Assembly (NCBI GenBank): GCA_000165425.1 | Contig: CT868130.1 | Coordinates: 434,001 to 498,000, forward strand | DNA length: 64,000 nucleotides | From: Paramecium tetraurelia | Taxonomy: Eukaryota | Reading direction: 5' to 3' | Shown: positions 1-13,347 of the stretch, piece after piece | Layout: each line of letters starts with the position of its first letter | Position numbering within the stretch: position 1 is the stretch's first letter | Translations under genes and position numbers: made by a program | The notes under the pieces: model-generated | What the model was told of the DNA's origin: nothing | What the model saw: only the letters and a program-made list of their open reading frames with translations | Database searches by the model: none

Positions 1-399
1 AGATTATAATATACTAAATAAAAAAAAGGATGATCTAATTAGAAATAGCGATTTGAAAACATTAATTTAAAAAATAATATCATAAAATAAATTTGATTAA
101 TCAGAATGTGATAAATTATTAACTGATTCTGAATACTTGAAAGGGTTCCTTAATGTTCAAGAAACTCAGTAAAATTAATAACTTCAAGATCAGTTAGTTT
201 ATATGCTATAAGAATATTCGAAGACTATAGATGAGTAATTTAGAGTTGATAAGCTTAAAGTGGTTACAACCTTTGGGGGATTTCTTTCTTCAAAGTAGAA
301 ACTCTGTCAAAAATATGTATAAGATTTTTTAATAATTAGTGTGAGCAATGGTAGGATTTAGTTTATAAATATGAGATGGTAAAAGAAAAATTGAATTGA
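1..399 (+). CDS. 3' end of hypothetical protein (5' truncated by window edge)
   Basis: TGA-free frame from base 2 (DYNILNKKKDDLIRNSDLK...), a 23-nt GT..AG intron at 317-339, then CEQWQDLVYKYEMVKEKLN and TGA at 397-399. Confidence 0.75.
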
Positions 400-460
400 A
401 TTTATTAATTTTAATTCTATTTTATGATATTTATTAATAAATAAATTATAAAATTTGAAT

Positions 461-2231
461 ATGGATTAAAATCTTAAGAAGATGCAAGATTTGCTCATCA
501 ATGAAATTATAAATAAATAGTATAGCGAGGATGATTTCTAAGGCTTTGCTTTTGAAAGATTTCCTGAAAAGGGTAAATTTTTGTTTAATTTTAAAGATGA
601 ATTGTATAAGTGGAATTTTGATGATTTAAATTAATTAGTCCAACAATATTAATAATTATAAAATCAAAAGGCAGGTAATTAAGATTAGCTAAATCCTCAA
701 GAATAGTTAGATAAAGTAAATATATCTTAGATTATAGAACAATTAATAAAATTAAGATCAAAATTTAAAAAAAGATGATAAAGTTGAGACTCACGTTTAG
801 AAACAAAGTAGATTAATTCCTAAAAGATCAACATCTAAATCAGTTTTTGTTAATTCAATAACTAAGGAATAAGCATAATAAAAGGGCTTTAGCGAAATTT
901 AAATGTAAATTCTAGATTAGATTTAAAAGGAGAGGTGTTAAATTTAATTTGTAAAATTTTACTCTAAGCATAGGAAAATTAAATTGTATTTTCTGAATAT
1001 GAGAAATAATATGAATGCCAAAAGAAAAGATAGTATATTGAAGAGAATGTAAAACTTAATTTTAAAGTTACGACTATAAATACTAAAAAACTAATTTTTA
1101 CAAATTAGGTATTTTGTATTGAGACTCAACCATTTAATTGGAAGGTCGAAAGATCAAAGGAAGATTTTTAGACTTTGGAAAAAATAATGCTAATGTATTT
1201 CCCAGAGTATTCTGGATATATACTTTAATATGATCAAAAATAGGATTTTCAATTACATTTAGAGGTAAGAATCAATTTAATAATTCAAGAATGCCTTAAA
1301 TATTTACTATAGCAAACCAAAAACAAGGTGTCTTGATTATTTTGTGTTGTTTTTAAACGATAACAAGGCTAATGAACTCCATCTGAAAAGTTTTAGCCAT
1401 TATACATAAAGTGAGAAAAATATTAGAAAATTTTAATTACCTTAAGTATCTACACCTTCTGGTTAACTAAAAATTGAATTTAGTAACAAAACTTATTAAG
1501 GTTACAAAAAACTCTAAAAATATCAAAATTAATTCCTTTAAAACTATAAAAAATTTGAAACAAAGATTTAGGAATCTTAATAAATTATTTATTAAGAAAT
1601 AGAAAAGATGAAATATTAATTAATACTATTAATCGATTCTAATAAAGGATTAGTACTAATTTATAATTTATTTTAGTTTATTTAAGATGAATTTGCTCAG
1701 AAAATACCTTTATTCAATTTAGAAATATTTTATGACCAAATTTACTAAGCTATTTAAATAAGTAATGAATCTAAAAAGTATGTTTCTAATACCATTGAAT
1801 CAATCTCAAAAAAAATAAGTCAAACCTATAAAGTTTTGGAATAGCCTCTAAATAAATGTTCTAAAAATGAACAAAAACTTAAGACTATTTATCTCAATGA
1901 TTTTGTATCAAAAAAAATGCCATTTTTAAAAGACAAAGAAATTAATGATCTATTAATTAATTAGGGTTTAAATTCAGATTCTTTTTCGGATTATTAATAT
2001 GAAACTATTTCATCAATTATAAGAGATGTATTTCCACTAAAAATCGATGTAAATTATGAAGTTCTTCAGAAATGTAAAGATGAATTTGCATATCTACTCC
2101 AATAAGTACTTTTAGAAGCCTAAATAAGTCTTTCAGAATTATTTTTAGATATAAAGTTTACCTGTTAGTACAATTTTAATGAGCTCACTTAAGCAATAAA
2201 GAACAAAATAAATAGTAAATAGAATATTTGA
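461..2231 (+). CDS. PX-domain (sorting-nexin-like) protein
   Basis: ATG 461 MDQNLKKMQDLLINEIINKQYSEDDFQGF; several 22-25 nt introns; PX-like segment FCIETQPFNWKVERSKEDFQTLEKIMLMYFPEY followed by a helical region; TGA 2229-2231. Confidence 0.65.
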
Positions 2232-3102
2232 TTAAAATTTCCAATTCTATATTATAAATATATTTCATCTATTCTCAAAATTAGATTTATATCATTTTCT
2301 ATTTCAAACTAATTAATTCTCGAAATAGGAATAAGTTTTTGTTATATTTATTAAACACTGAAGCATTTAATATTCAATTCATATCCTATTAAGTTATATT
2401 TTATCTAGAACTAATATTTATTTGGCTTTAAGATGAAAACTAGAATAAATAAAGTCTCGTTTCATTTAAAGTGTGGAATGACAATATTTTCTAAATAAGT
2501 TGTGAAAAGGACAGCGCCATTACATAATTACTCTTTTTAACTATTAAAGATTGTATAATTTATGAAAGCCAATTAAAATAATTTTACAATTACTATTTTT
2601 GTTATGAATAATTATGTTATCTAAATACAATAATCTCAAATAGAAGAAATTTTCATCAAAGTAAATGAAACTAACATAAGGTAAAAATGAAGAAATTTAT
2701 TCAATCGAAGCATTTTAGATTCTGATATATTAATTTACATTTATTAATATATAATAGGCATAACGTATAAAGTTCTAATTAATATTAATTTATGTTTAAT
2801 ACAACAATAAATTATTCATTCTTTTCAATCTAAAATGTTAAAATATCTATGAATTTGCTAAAATAATTTTATCAATTCTAAACTTGATATTAATTTACAT
2901 GTTTCTCTCTGAATGACATTATTTAATATTCTGGATTACTAGTATTTTAAAAAATGACCTCTATAAATTAAAGACTTGAATATTCTTGATTGTCCATTTA
3001 GTCCAAATGTGAATTTTTTTAAGTTTTCAGAAATCAAAAGTTGTAATAATCTATTAGTTAAAAATGAAGCTTAATTAAGTAATAATTATTCATATTAATT
3101 AA

Positions 3103-4399
3103 ATGTAATAGAATCCTTTATAGTTATTTTTAAGTATTTTGGCAGCTCGAGAAGAAGTGATATTTATGATAAGAATAATTGGTCATTAGATGCACGAAGA
3201 TAATCGAACTAAAATAGGAATATTGAGGGAATTGTCAGATGAGATCTATAGAGGAGAATAGAAAAGAGAAAACCTTGAAAATCATCTATATAAACATTTA
3301 GGGGAAGGTTATCGCAAACTATTCCTCCCAAAAATTATATAAAAATACATAAAGATAGCTCAATATTATTTAGTGAAGACATAAGTACTCTATATTTTTA
3401 TGTGTTAGATATATTTTCCTAAATAGGGGTAATAATTATGTTAGGATATTGTTAATTAACCAAATCTAAGAACAACGATTCAATAAATAATTCATGAACC
3501 ATTAGTGGGAATTTTGAAATTTATAATCAATTTTCAGCGATAAAAGTTAAAACAAGAGCTTTCACATCTGCTAAATTATGAATAGTATTAACCAATATAA
3601 AATCAAGAGAAGACCGATGCAATAGAAATGAGAAATTTTACATTGAGCCATTGATTCTCGGAGTGTATGGACTAAGATATTTAAATGATCTACATACTAA
3701 ATATTGCTATACAGTCAGTAGACATAGTAATAGAAATGTGTATGATGTATTATCCATTGATGATAACACAAAGATATTGTATTTATAGGGAGGAGGTAAC
3801 TTTTCTTTTAATAATTAATAGGATTTATAAGCTTAATAAGTAGCATAACAAGGTTAAAAGATAAATCAGCTGATAATACTTAATCAGTATATATTCCAGT
3901 TGAAAGTACTGTCGAAATTATAACTTAAAGATATGAAAAATTGATTAAAGAACTGATGGATTAAAATTCCCATGTGTAAAAGTCAGTAAATAGATATTAT
4001 GAACAACACAGAAGATATAGGATTAAGCCTTTGCTAATTAAAGGTTACTCTACACCGAAGACAAAGGTGCAAGAGATGAAGTCTTAGCGCAATAATAAGT
4101 AAAGGATTATTGAGTCTGGTCACATCTTAAGTGATATGGGTAGATATTCTGAATCAACAAGTAAATTTTCCCTTTTATTAGATTCTATAAGCTCACTAAG
4201 ATTAAAATAATAAAAATGTAGAACCTAAAAATAATGTGATATTATCTTTAGTGGTTTTGTTTCTCCCAAATAAACTGCTCTCAGAAAAAATAAAAGCGTT
4301 AAAAACTATGAGACTGCTTTATTAAAATCCTCTGCTTTGCAGCCCTTTTATGATTTTCCTCTCAGAATCAACACAAGTAAGAAAAAGAAATAAAATTGA
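3103..4399 (+). CDS. Hypothetical protein
   Basis: ATG 3103 MQQNPLQLFLSILAAREEVIFMIRIIGHQMHED; frame stays open after removing short GT..AG introns (near 3385-3408, 3585-3607, 3797-3822, 4162-4182); ends INTSKKKKQN-TGA. Confidence 0.7.
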
Positions 4400-4617
4400 T
4401 GATCATTATACACAAATAAATTTATCTCAGTTTTATCAATATTTAGTTAAGGACTAAGTTTAAACTAATATATTATCTTCATTATATACCTTTTGAACAA
4501 AAACCAATATCGGCAAAATTTTCACATAATAAATCAAGATTTTTGAATATTTATGAATGATTTACCCAAATTGATTCATTTTACATTATTTCCTATGTAA
4601 ATGAAATTTAAAAATCA

Positions 4618-6855
4618 TCAAATAGTTTAAAAAAGGTCTATAAGTTTTTTTTTAAGTTCTGTCCTTAGTTTAATATTAAAAAAGTGTTAATCTATTCAAT
4701 TTAACTTAATAACTTTGGTGAAATTTAGTGACTATTGTTTAACTAGAGTATTTAATTATCAATGGTTCTCCAAAGATCTAAAGTTTACTAATAATCATCG
4801 TTCTTGCTGTCTATCTCAACTTTCACCAATCTAATTAATGGTCTTGGCTATTTCTGTTAAGATGAAGAACATAAACCCATTAATATTAATTATTAATTTA
4901 ACTAATTTGCAAATGTTAAAATCATTTATACATTTAATAAATTTAAGTCTCTTCAATCTTTTGTAAAAATAAATCTTTTGCTTATTTACTCTTAATTCTA
5001 TTTAATGCCTAATTCATGAAATCTTTGAAAATATTCAACAGCTATTCAATTTTTTTAATTAAAATTATATTGGAGTTGCATAAAACTGGTTTTATCTGAT
5101 TTTCCAATTCAATTAACAAATTACTTTTTAATCTTTCTACATTTTCTATCTCCACATTAGAAGAAATTGTGTTAACATAAACAACGTCATCATTGAATTA
5201 TCGGAATTCTTCCATTTATAACCCTAAAAATACTGGGACTGGTGCATCTAAAAGTGGCATTAATTTTTCTGGTACATCCAATATGAAAGGATGAAAATAA
5301 TTTAAGGGTTTGATACAGAATGATAGCAAAATCATTAAATAAGCAATATACTTTTATGATCGATTTATGATGGCTACTTTAGATTCCAATATAACTGCTT
5401 AAAATGCCAAGACAAAATTAGAAGCTGACCATCCTTACAATAGATTATTAGGGGCCAATTCAAAATTATATAAAATTGGACTCAACTAAGTATTTTGTAT
5501 AAACTCTGTGTTATCAAATAATTTTATAGGTTGTATTATTTTAGTGAGAGTTAGTTGTTGTACTTAATCTAAATATTTCCTAATTTCATTTTCGTGATTA
5601 GTAAAATAATACTAATCTATTGATCTCAAATCATATTCTTAATCAAAGGCTTGTTTGGATAGTTGATTTCTTTCATATTTTAAGGTTGTTATTATATTTT
5701 TTACAATTTAATAGAATAACTTATGGTATGGATAATAGGTCAATATGACAAAAGCTACATTAGATAAATAAATGTTCTAGGCTGGGTTTCCTAATTTCTT
5801 TTACTATACTAATTCATGTGAATTGGTTAACTTTTTATCTGCAATAAAGTCAGGTGATGATACAATGACAGCATAAAGAAGTTGATCGGGATTTGTGTTT
5901 TGGATGAATTCATTTTTAATATCCTTTCCAGAATCTTTATTTGGAGTAAAAACTTAAATTGAAAAATCCAATAATTATTCATCCTACAAAACTCTAATGA
6001 TTATTTATTATACCTTAAAATATCTTTTTTGGCTTATTGAGTTGTCTAGCATTTAATCCCCCTTGGAAATGCAAACAAAGGCAAAACTTGAAATAGAGTC
6101 TTAAGCTCTTAATCACATTAAATTGGATGTTTAAATAGGACCATAGGTTCAGGATTTTAATATTTTATTGAAGTGATTGGCACAGAAATTATATAAAATT
6201 CTTATATAAGTTTTACACAGTCCTTTTATTTGGTATGTATGATCTATGATTTATTGTAGTCATTTTAGGCAATTATTTATTGTGCTAATATAATATTTGA
6301 AATAATTATACATAATTCCATAGTTTGCATGGACATAGACATAGATAAATTTGATTAGCTTTTTGCTTATTTATAAAGTTCCTCCACTTTTTATAATTCT
6401 TCAAAAAGTTGATTTTTTTCATTCATTAATTGAGAATTTTTCTAAATTAATTGATCATTATCTTATTATGATTTTTTATATGAAAACTCTAATTATAAAC
6501 ATTTTGAATATAATTCTTCATTTGTTATTGAGCTTGATATTTTTGGAATTCCTTGTTTAGGTTGATTTAATTGTTATTAGAGATTAGCATTTTGAAGTTT
6601 CAGATCATAAATTTATTACTATAATTCTTTATATTTATCAACCAACTATTCATTTTCTTAAGTTAGCTTTAGGTTTTCGCTTTGAATCTTCTAAAATAAG
6701 GAGTTGTCCCCTAATATACTTAATTGTTTTTATAATTATTGGATTTAAGTTAATAAAGCTTAATTTTCTGATTTGAGTTTTTTTACCATCTTAAGTAAGC
6801 TATCCGCATGGGTTTAGGATTTTAAAAGTAGGTCTTTTTCAATATTATTATCCAT
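4618..6855 (-). CDS. DENN-domain protein (putative Rab GEF)
   Basis: ATG 6855 MDNNIEKDLLLKSQ; N-terminal coiled coil; DENN core motif IKPLNYFHPFILDVPEKLMPLLDAPVPVFLG (~5220-5320); uDENN-like SISSFAF; TGA at 4618-4620. Confidence 0.85.
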
Positions 6856-6888
6856 AATTAAATATTTGCTAATAATCTCAAAAAAGGA

Positions 6889-7918
6889 ATGAATTAAACT
6901 CGTAAGTAGTAGAGTCAATAAAAGTTAAAAATTTCCTTAATTTCTAATAAGAAAAGGGAGTTTAATCTCAAAATATAAGAAAAGATATATTCAAAAGCCC
7001 TGAAACCTGTTGTTTTCAAGGGCAAACCATCTTCTCTAAAAAATTTAGATTTAGCCACTACATCTAGGTAATCGAAAAATATATTGTAAATATAGTACTG
7101 AGACATTACTGAATGAGTCCTTTCAAGATAATAAAAGTTGTTGTTGCTTGGATTGTGGAGTTGACAGTAGGAAGACTAAACATCTATAAAAGAAGTTTAT
7201 AAGCTTCACAACCAAAATGTCAGTAATTAGAAAACAAAGACTAATAAAGAGATTCCAGAATGCAGTTTTCTGCATAATGTATCTCTTGAGGAAGTGGAAA
7301 AAAATTAGATAATAAGAAAGAGCAAAAAGACTATTTAGGTTTAAAACCAAGGTTTTTGAAAACTAACCTTTTATTACAGGCCAGTCACATCATATAGCCA
7401 ACCCAATTATATATAGTAATTCTTAAATTCCTAATGATGACAAAGGAAATTTTAATTAATAAGTTTAATCTATTCAAGCTTAAATTATAGATTAGAAACA
7501 TAAATAGAGATTATCAGTAAAACTCTATTTATAATAAAAATTAAACAACAGCAAAACATAATCCTCAGCCATACTACCAACTATTGCCTACAGCAAATAT
7601 CACAATTCCCTTTCTAATTTGCTACTTTAGCCAATGAAGATTCTGAAAACTTTAGGAGATGAATAAAAGCCCTTAAAAAAGGAGTATAATTTACTTAATT
7701 GTGGCTCCTCTTTGATTAATTCTCCTTACCTTTGTCAGCTTAGTGGATAAAAACCATAAGAATAATGCCTCTCTTAAATAAAGTCTGCTAGATCAGTGAC
7801 GAAGAGTATAGCATCTGAAACTTTCTTTCCTTATAAATAAAGTATAAATAAGTTTAGAAAATCATTGCAAAAAAGCATGAGAGATATAGTTTTGATTACA
7901 TTTTTATATTAATTTTGA
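6889..7918 (+). CDS. Hypothetical basic protein
   Basis: ATG 6889 MNQTRKQQSQQKLKISLISNKKREF; removing one 28-nt intron (~7068-7095) makes the span a multiple of 3, ending at TGA 7916-7918. Confidence 0.65.
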
Positions 7919-7949
7919 ATATATATTGATTCCATATTTATAAATGATT

Positions 7950-9761
7950 TCAAGTCTTACACAGAACCTTATTAATTTTATCCATTAGATCCATGCATTC
8001 TTTCTTTAACTATTCGAAATTCATATCTTTTGATTTAGTTTCAATAAACATCTAGAAAGTATTAGCTTGTGATTCTAATTAAGACACCTTCTTTTCTAAA
8101 TCAGCCAAAAGTATTGTATTATTCATGCATAGTGTACGTCTTTACCAGGTTATGGTAACATCAAATTCGTGTTTCATGTTTTGACTCTAAATAATTGAAT
8201 TATAAATTTACTTATGCAGTAAAATCATCCTTAAGTTTAAGTAAGTCCTTCTTTTGATTTTCAAGTTTCAGTTTTTTATCCTGAGCTTTAACTTTATATT
8301 CATCAATTTTATTGAATTTCGTATCGATTTCATCTTACATCTACTTACATTTCTATTTGTATTGTTGTAATTCAATTGGTAATTACTCTTCAGCTCTTTC
8401 AATCTTTTTTAAATCTTAGATTGTCTGTTCATAAACTCCTTATAACTTTTTTAGAGTCATTTCAGAGTCTTTGACTTAGTTATCTTTGTAATCCACTTCA
8501 GCAGATAGACCAGCATAATCTGTCAAGGATGGTATAGTCTTGATATCTTAAACAATTCTTGAGGATTATCCTAGTAATTCTACGATAGCTTATTCTACAG
8601 CATTCACTTTTTCTAATTCTTATTATCTTGTTTTATCAAAATTATTGATGTAATCAGTCATTTCTTGATCTCTTTAATATAATATTTCATATTTCTATTT
8701 GTCTTGTTCTTGCGACTTCTTGTCTTCCAATTCAGTTTATAATTCTCTTAATCTTTTTTCATAATTTTCGATATTTCTTCTAATTTCTCGTACTCTTTTC
8801 TCTGAATTTTAAATAAAAGCGTTGTCATCTTTAATCTTGTTTAACAATCTATCTCTGGCTTCTGGGAATGTTAGATTGGACTTCATTTAATTGAACTTCT
8901 AAATCATTTTTTTTAGAGTCCATTTCATTGATTTACTCTTTTAGCATTTAACCCTTCAATTTCTAAGCATCCATTCTCAATCTATTATCTGCATTCTACA
9001 TTCTGGCATTTAATTCTTCTAATTCTGCTTTTTGATTGTTAATTTCTTATTAAAGAGATTTATTTTCATTAATCAAACTCATATATTCATTTCTTTATTC
9101 TGGATCCAACTCTTGTAATTTCATATCAGCCAATGATTATAATTCATTTAATCTATTTTCAATTTAATTAATTGAATCTTCCTAACCTCTTCTTTCAATG
9201 AAGATATCATCCAATTGGGATCTTTGTCTCTCATTTTGAATCTACAATAAATCAATAAGTAAACTTTGATTCTTTCATATATGTTTTTGATATCTTCTGG
9301 TCTAGTGTTTGCTCTCCATTTATCGAATGCTAGATTATAATCAGCCAATTAGCCTTCTAGATCTCTGACTTCCTTTGTTAATTCTTCATGTCTATGATGT
9401 AAATAGAAATAATACCTTCTTTCAAATTAAACATAAAGTGTATTGGCTTTTTAAATTTCATCCTATTATTTTTTGAATCTTTCAATCTCATTAAATATTT
9501 CCTTCTGCTTCTCTCTCAATTGATTTAAATAATATGATTTATCTTATATTTGTCGACCAGGTCCAGCTGTCGTAGGTTTGACTCCAATAATTCCATGCTA
9601 TGTAACAGGTCTATCCACAAATTTTAAATTGGTTGTATTTGCTACTGATTAGAAATTTGGATCATTCTATTGAAATAGTGATTGAAATTTACTCTCATAG
9701 CTGTAGTCATACGAGTTGGTACTCGCATGGCTGCTGTCCCCATTCTCTGCTGTGGTTACAT
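7950..9761 (-). CDS. IFT74: Intraflagellar transport protein 74/72
   Basis: MQPQQRMGTAAMRVPTRMTTAMR, then the IFT74 signature [36 protein letters not shown], then a long coiled coil; three 24-26 nt introns give 578 aa. Confidence 0.92.
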
Positions 9762-10405
9762 AATTTAATTAAATAAATAATTATGCAGAGATCACACTAA
9801 GAAATGGTTAACTAGAAGGGTTATTAAAATAAATAAACTCTGTTTAAAATATGGCCATATCTAGAATTAACCATGAAACAATATCTAAATCTAAGCATAG
9901 TATAAAAATAGATATCTCAAATTTAACATTCGTAAAAATCTAAATATTATCAAAAGTGATCTCGCTAAGGTAAAAATCAAAAAAGAACAGATATTTTGAA
10001 GCTTTTCTTCATATAATAAAGTTCCTTTTCATTATAATGAATTGATTAATGGCTTCAATTATAATAATATATTTTCTAAAAGAAAATGAAAAGTTAGATT
10101 AATCTGCATAGAATGATATTTCAATAATAATGTAAATATTAATGTTGCCATCTTAAATATATTATCAGTTGTTTTTATCATTATACCTTTTCTAAATTAT
10201 TTGAACCTTAATGAAGGCGAATCAGACATTCCACTTAAATTGGAATAGTCATCTTTGCAGATTGCTGGCTAAAAGGGTTCAGCTAACGGTATTCATTCCA
10301 TTATTATGAATAAGTTCTCTTATTATTTTTATATTTATATAAATATCATCGTACAATCCTCCTTCGAATTTTATAAAATAAAATTCATTTAATTCATATT
10401 CATTT

Positions 10406-11185
10406 TCAACAATTCTTTCGAGTTTTAAATTTTGGAGGTTAAGTGTTACCTAAGGTTAGTTCTGTAGTTTTAGTTTATATTAAAAATTTTAAATGAATTC
10501 TCTAAAAATTATTAAATTCAATTAGAGTATTATCATAAATCAACTCTTAAATGAACTTTATTTCAATAGAACTAGTAGTTATTTTTATTTAAATCATTTT
10601 ATTCAAAATGCAATGCAATTGCTTAATAGTATTATTTAAAATTTCTTAAATCAGATTTCTCAAAATTTTGAATACCCAACTAGTCCTACAGATTAAGATT
10701 ATCCATTTAAAATGCCCTTGTACTCTACCAATAAATGTTATTTTTTGCTTAGAGTAAATTTAAATATTGCCTATTGATTTAACAACAATGACCGATAATT
10801 ACCGCTCAGTTTCATCAGATGGTTTTTGACAATTTAATCGATCATTTGCTGAAAGTATAGTTCTTAAATTAATTTTATTTGCAAGGGAAGTTTAAATTTT
10901 TAAAACAAGTTTCGAACTTTTATTCCATTCTGCAGTTATTTGATATTCATGCAGATTCAGAATCCATAATGAGTGATAATATTATTGATTTTTGGCTTTA
11001 TAAGCTTCTTAATAGGATGGTCTTTAGAGAAAATATAGTTGATTTTCTAATAAAAATAAATCTATTTATAAGTTCTTTAAATAGATTAATTTAAGGTATT
11101 TAAAAATGGTGATTGAGGTGTTAGTTTAAATAGTGGGATGAGCAGAGATAATATGAATGACTATAATAATTTAGATATTATGCAT
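10406..11185 (-). CDS. Orphan 259-aa ORF (gene or decaying gene)
   Basis: ATG at 11185; no in-frame TGA until 10406-10408 (checked codon by codon); no recognisable motif; start lies 38 bp from the divergent kinase ATG. Confidence 0.4.
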
Positions 11186-11223
11186 TATAATTAAATGAAT
11201 GTTGTCGTTAATTTATTATTTGA

Positions 11224-13306
11224 ATGTTAATCAATCGCTGTTATTATCCTGAAACTCGTAAAGCAATCGATCATTACAGTTACGCTCTGAATGAAGAAAT
11301 AGGAAGAGGGTTTAGTAGCAAAGTTTATAGAGGAAGAGATGAAAATACTTAAATGACAGTGGCTGTTAAAGTATGATATAAATTTGTAAGACAAGGTAAT
11401 TGATATGAAGATGGTTAAACAGAGCATTCATGCCACTTTGCTAAAGAATGAAATAAATGCTTTGAAATCATTTAACTCAAAGAACATACTAAAATTGCAT
11501 GATGTTTTCTAAACACAGAATAATACATACATCATAACAGAGTATTGCGATTCTGGAGATCTGAGCGGTGTAATAAAAAAGAGAGGAAGAATAGATGAGC
11601 CTGAAGTATTGCGAATCATGAATGAAATAATCACAGGACTACTGGAGATTAATCAAAAAGGATACATCCACAGAGACATTAAGCCAGCAAACATTCTCAT
11701 AGAGAAGCAAACTCCGAAAATAGCGGATTTTGGTTTTGCTGTCTAAATAAACAGTATGGAAGTCAAACAATAGGGCAGACATTATAACGTAGGAACTCCC
11801 CTTTATATGTCTCCGTAAGCCTTGAGGTAACAAGGCCACACAGAAAAAGGAGATGTCTGGGCTATGGGTGTAATGTTTTTTGAGATGCTGTTTGGACAAA
11901 CACCATTTACAGCCCAGACAGAATAAGGATTGTTAACAGCAATTCTGCATCATCATCTTGTAATTCCTTCACATCCTTCAATTTCAGATGCCTCCAAAGA
12001 CTTCATCCGTAGATGTCTTTGTATAGATGAGAATCAGAGAATGAGAGTCAAAGATATGGCAACTCATCCAATTTATTCACAATATTGCCCACCCATTTAT
12101 AAGCCAGTCCCTCTCTAAACACAACAATCATCCAATGTTCCTACACCCGCCACCAGAACTCCTATCATCAATAAAGATCGATCATAAAGCCAGGGAATTA
12201 GAGATTTCCAATCTAGACCTAAGTGTCAGGTATTTAAGAATAACATATAAGACTCAAATTCATAATGATAGTAAAGTCAGTAAGAGATGTCCATCAGAAA
12301 TGTATCATCTACCACATCCACCTACAACTGTGATCGAACCTCCAACTTCTGATCCTATGAGGTCCAAAAGTCAAAAGCAAATTACAGAATCACGAAAAAC
12401 CATTACTCAAGAGAATTAGCTTGAAAAAAGAAGTTTCAAAAAAAACAACACTGTACTTTAAGAGTATTTATTTAATTAATTATAATTAGACGATCTATCA
12501 ATGTGCAAACTCAAGTCTCTTAAAATACTACACCAGTTCAATCACCTATGAAATTTAAGTCAAATAATGACATTTTATTTGCCTAAATTAATTATTGCAG
12601 GTTTCTGTACAAATTCTCATAGTAAATCATTAATTCAAGGTAATTAACTTTATCCAATGGTTTAAAAGAGAAATTGCTATTCTTAATGGCTAAGAACATC
12701 GCCATGAAAATTTCTAAGCTTCACACTATTATTGATAAGGAGAACTCTAAAGATAACACCTTCTAACTAGAGGATTTTGATATATATAGGAAAGCCGAAT
12801 CCTTTTAGAAATTTAGTTAAGCAATTGCAGAATACAACGAAAACTATAAACGATATTTCGAGAAGACATATTAAATGATAGTTAACAAAAGTAACGCCTT
12901 GTGTAATTGATATAGGTCTCCCTCAGGATAAGAAGTTCGAGGCCTTATTTGATAAAGACCTGAGTGAATTTGAAAGTTTCTACTTCATTACTCAATCCTA
13001 TCTAAGACAAGCCTTGTAAGAATTGAAAAATGAGTTTCCAACTTAGAGTTCAGATCTAGATGCTTTTTTACCAGAAGAAGTACTCTTTTTATCTATAATT
13101 CCTAGTATAATTTTAGTTATTTTGTGAGTCAGTAACTTAGCAATTACTTACTTATCTGTCATTGTACTCTCTAAAATATGAATGATTATAAGAAATTCTC
13201 AAAGATGCTAAAAATTGATTAGATGGTTGATTAGAAATAAAATAGATGCACATACAGACAAGTGGAAGAGCTAAGAGGTAAAATATAAGAATTGATTTCT
13301 AAGTGA
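11224..13306 (+). CDS. Ser/Thr protein kinase, ULK-like ciliate family
   Basis: IGRGFSSKVYRG, VAVK, IHRDIKPANIL, IADFGFA, VGTPLYMSPQ, DVWAMG; long C-terminal extension; several short introns; TGA 13304-13306. Confidence 0.9.
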
Positions 13307-13347
13307 TTTTGATTTGCAAATTTTATATTACATTTTATATTTAATTA

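Noticed and set aside
3585..3654. Apparent premature TGA in the gene starting at 3103
   Set aside because: A 23-nt intron (gtattaaccaatataaaatcaag) restores the frame.
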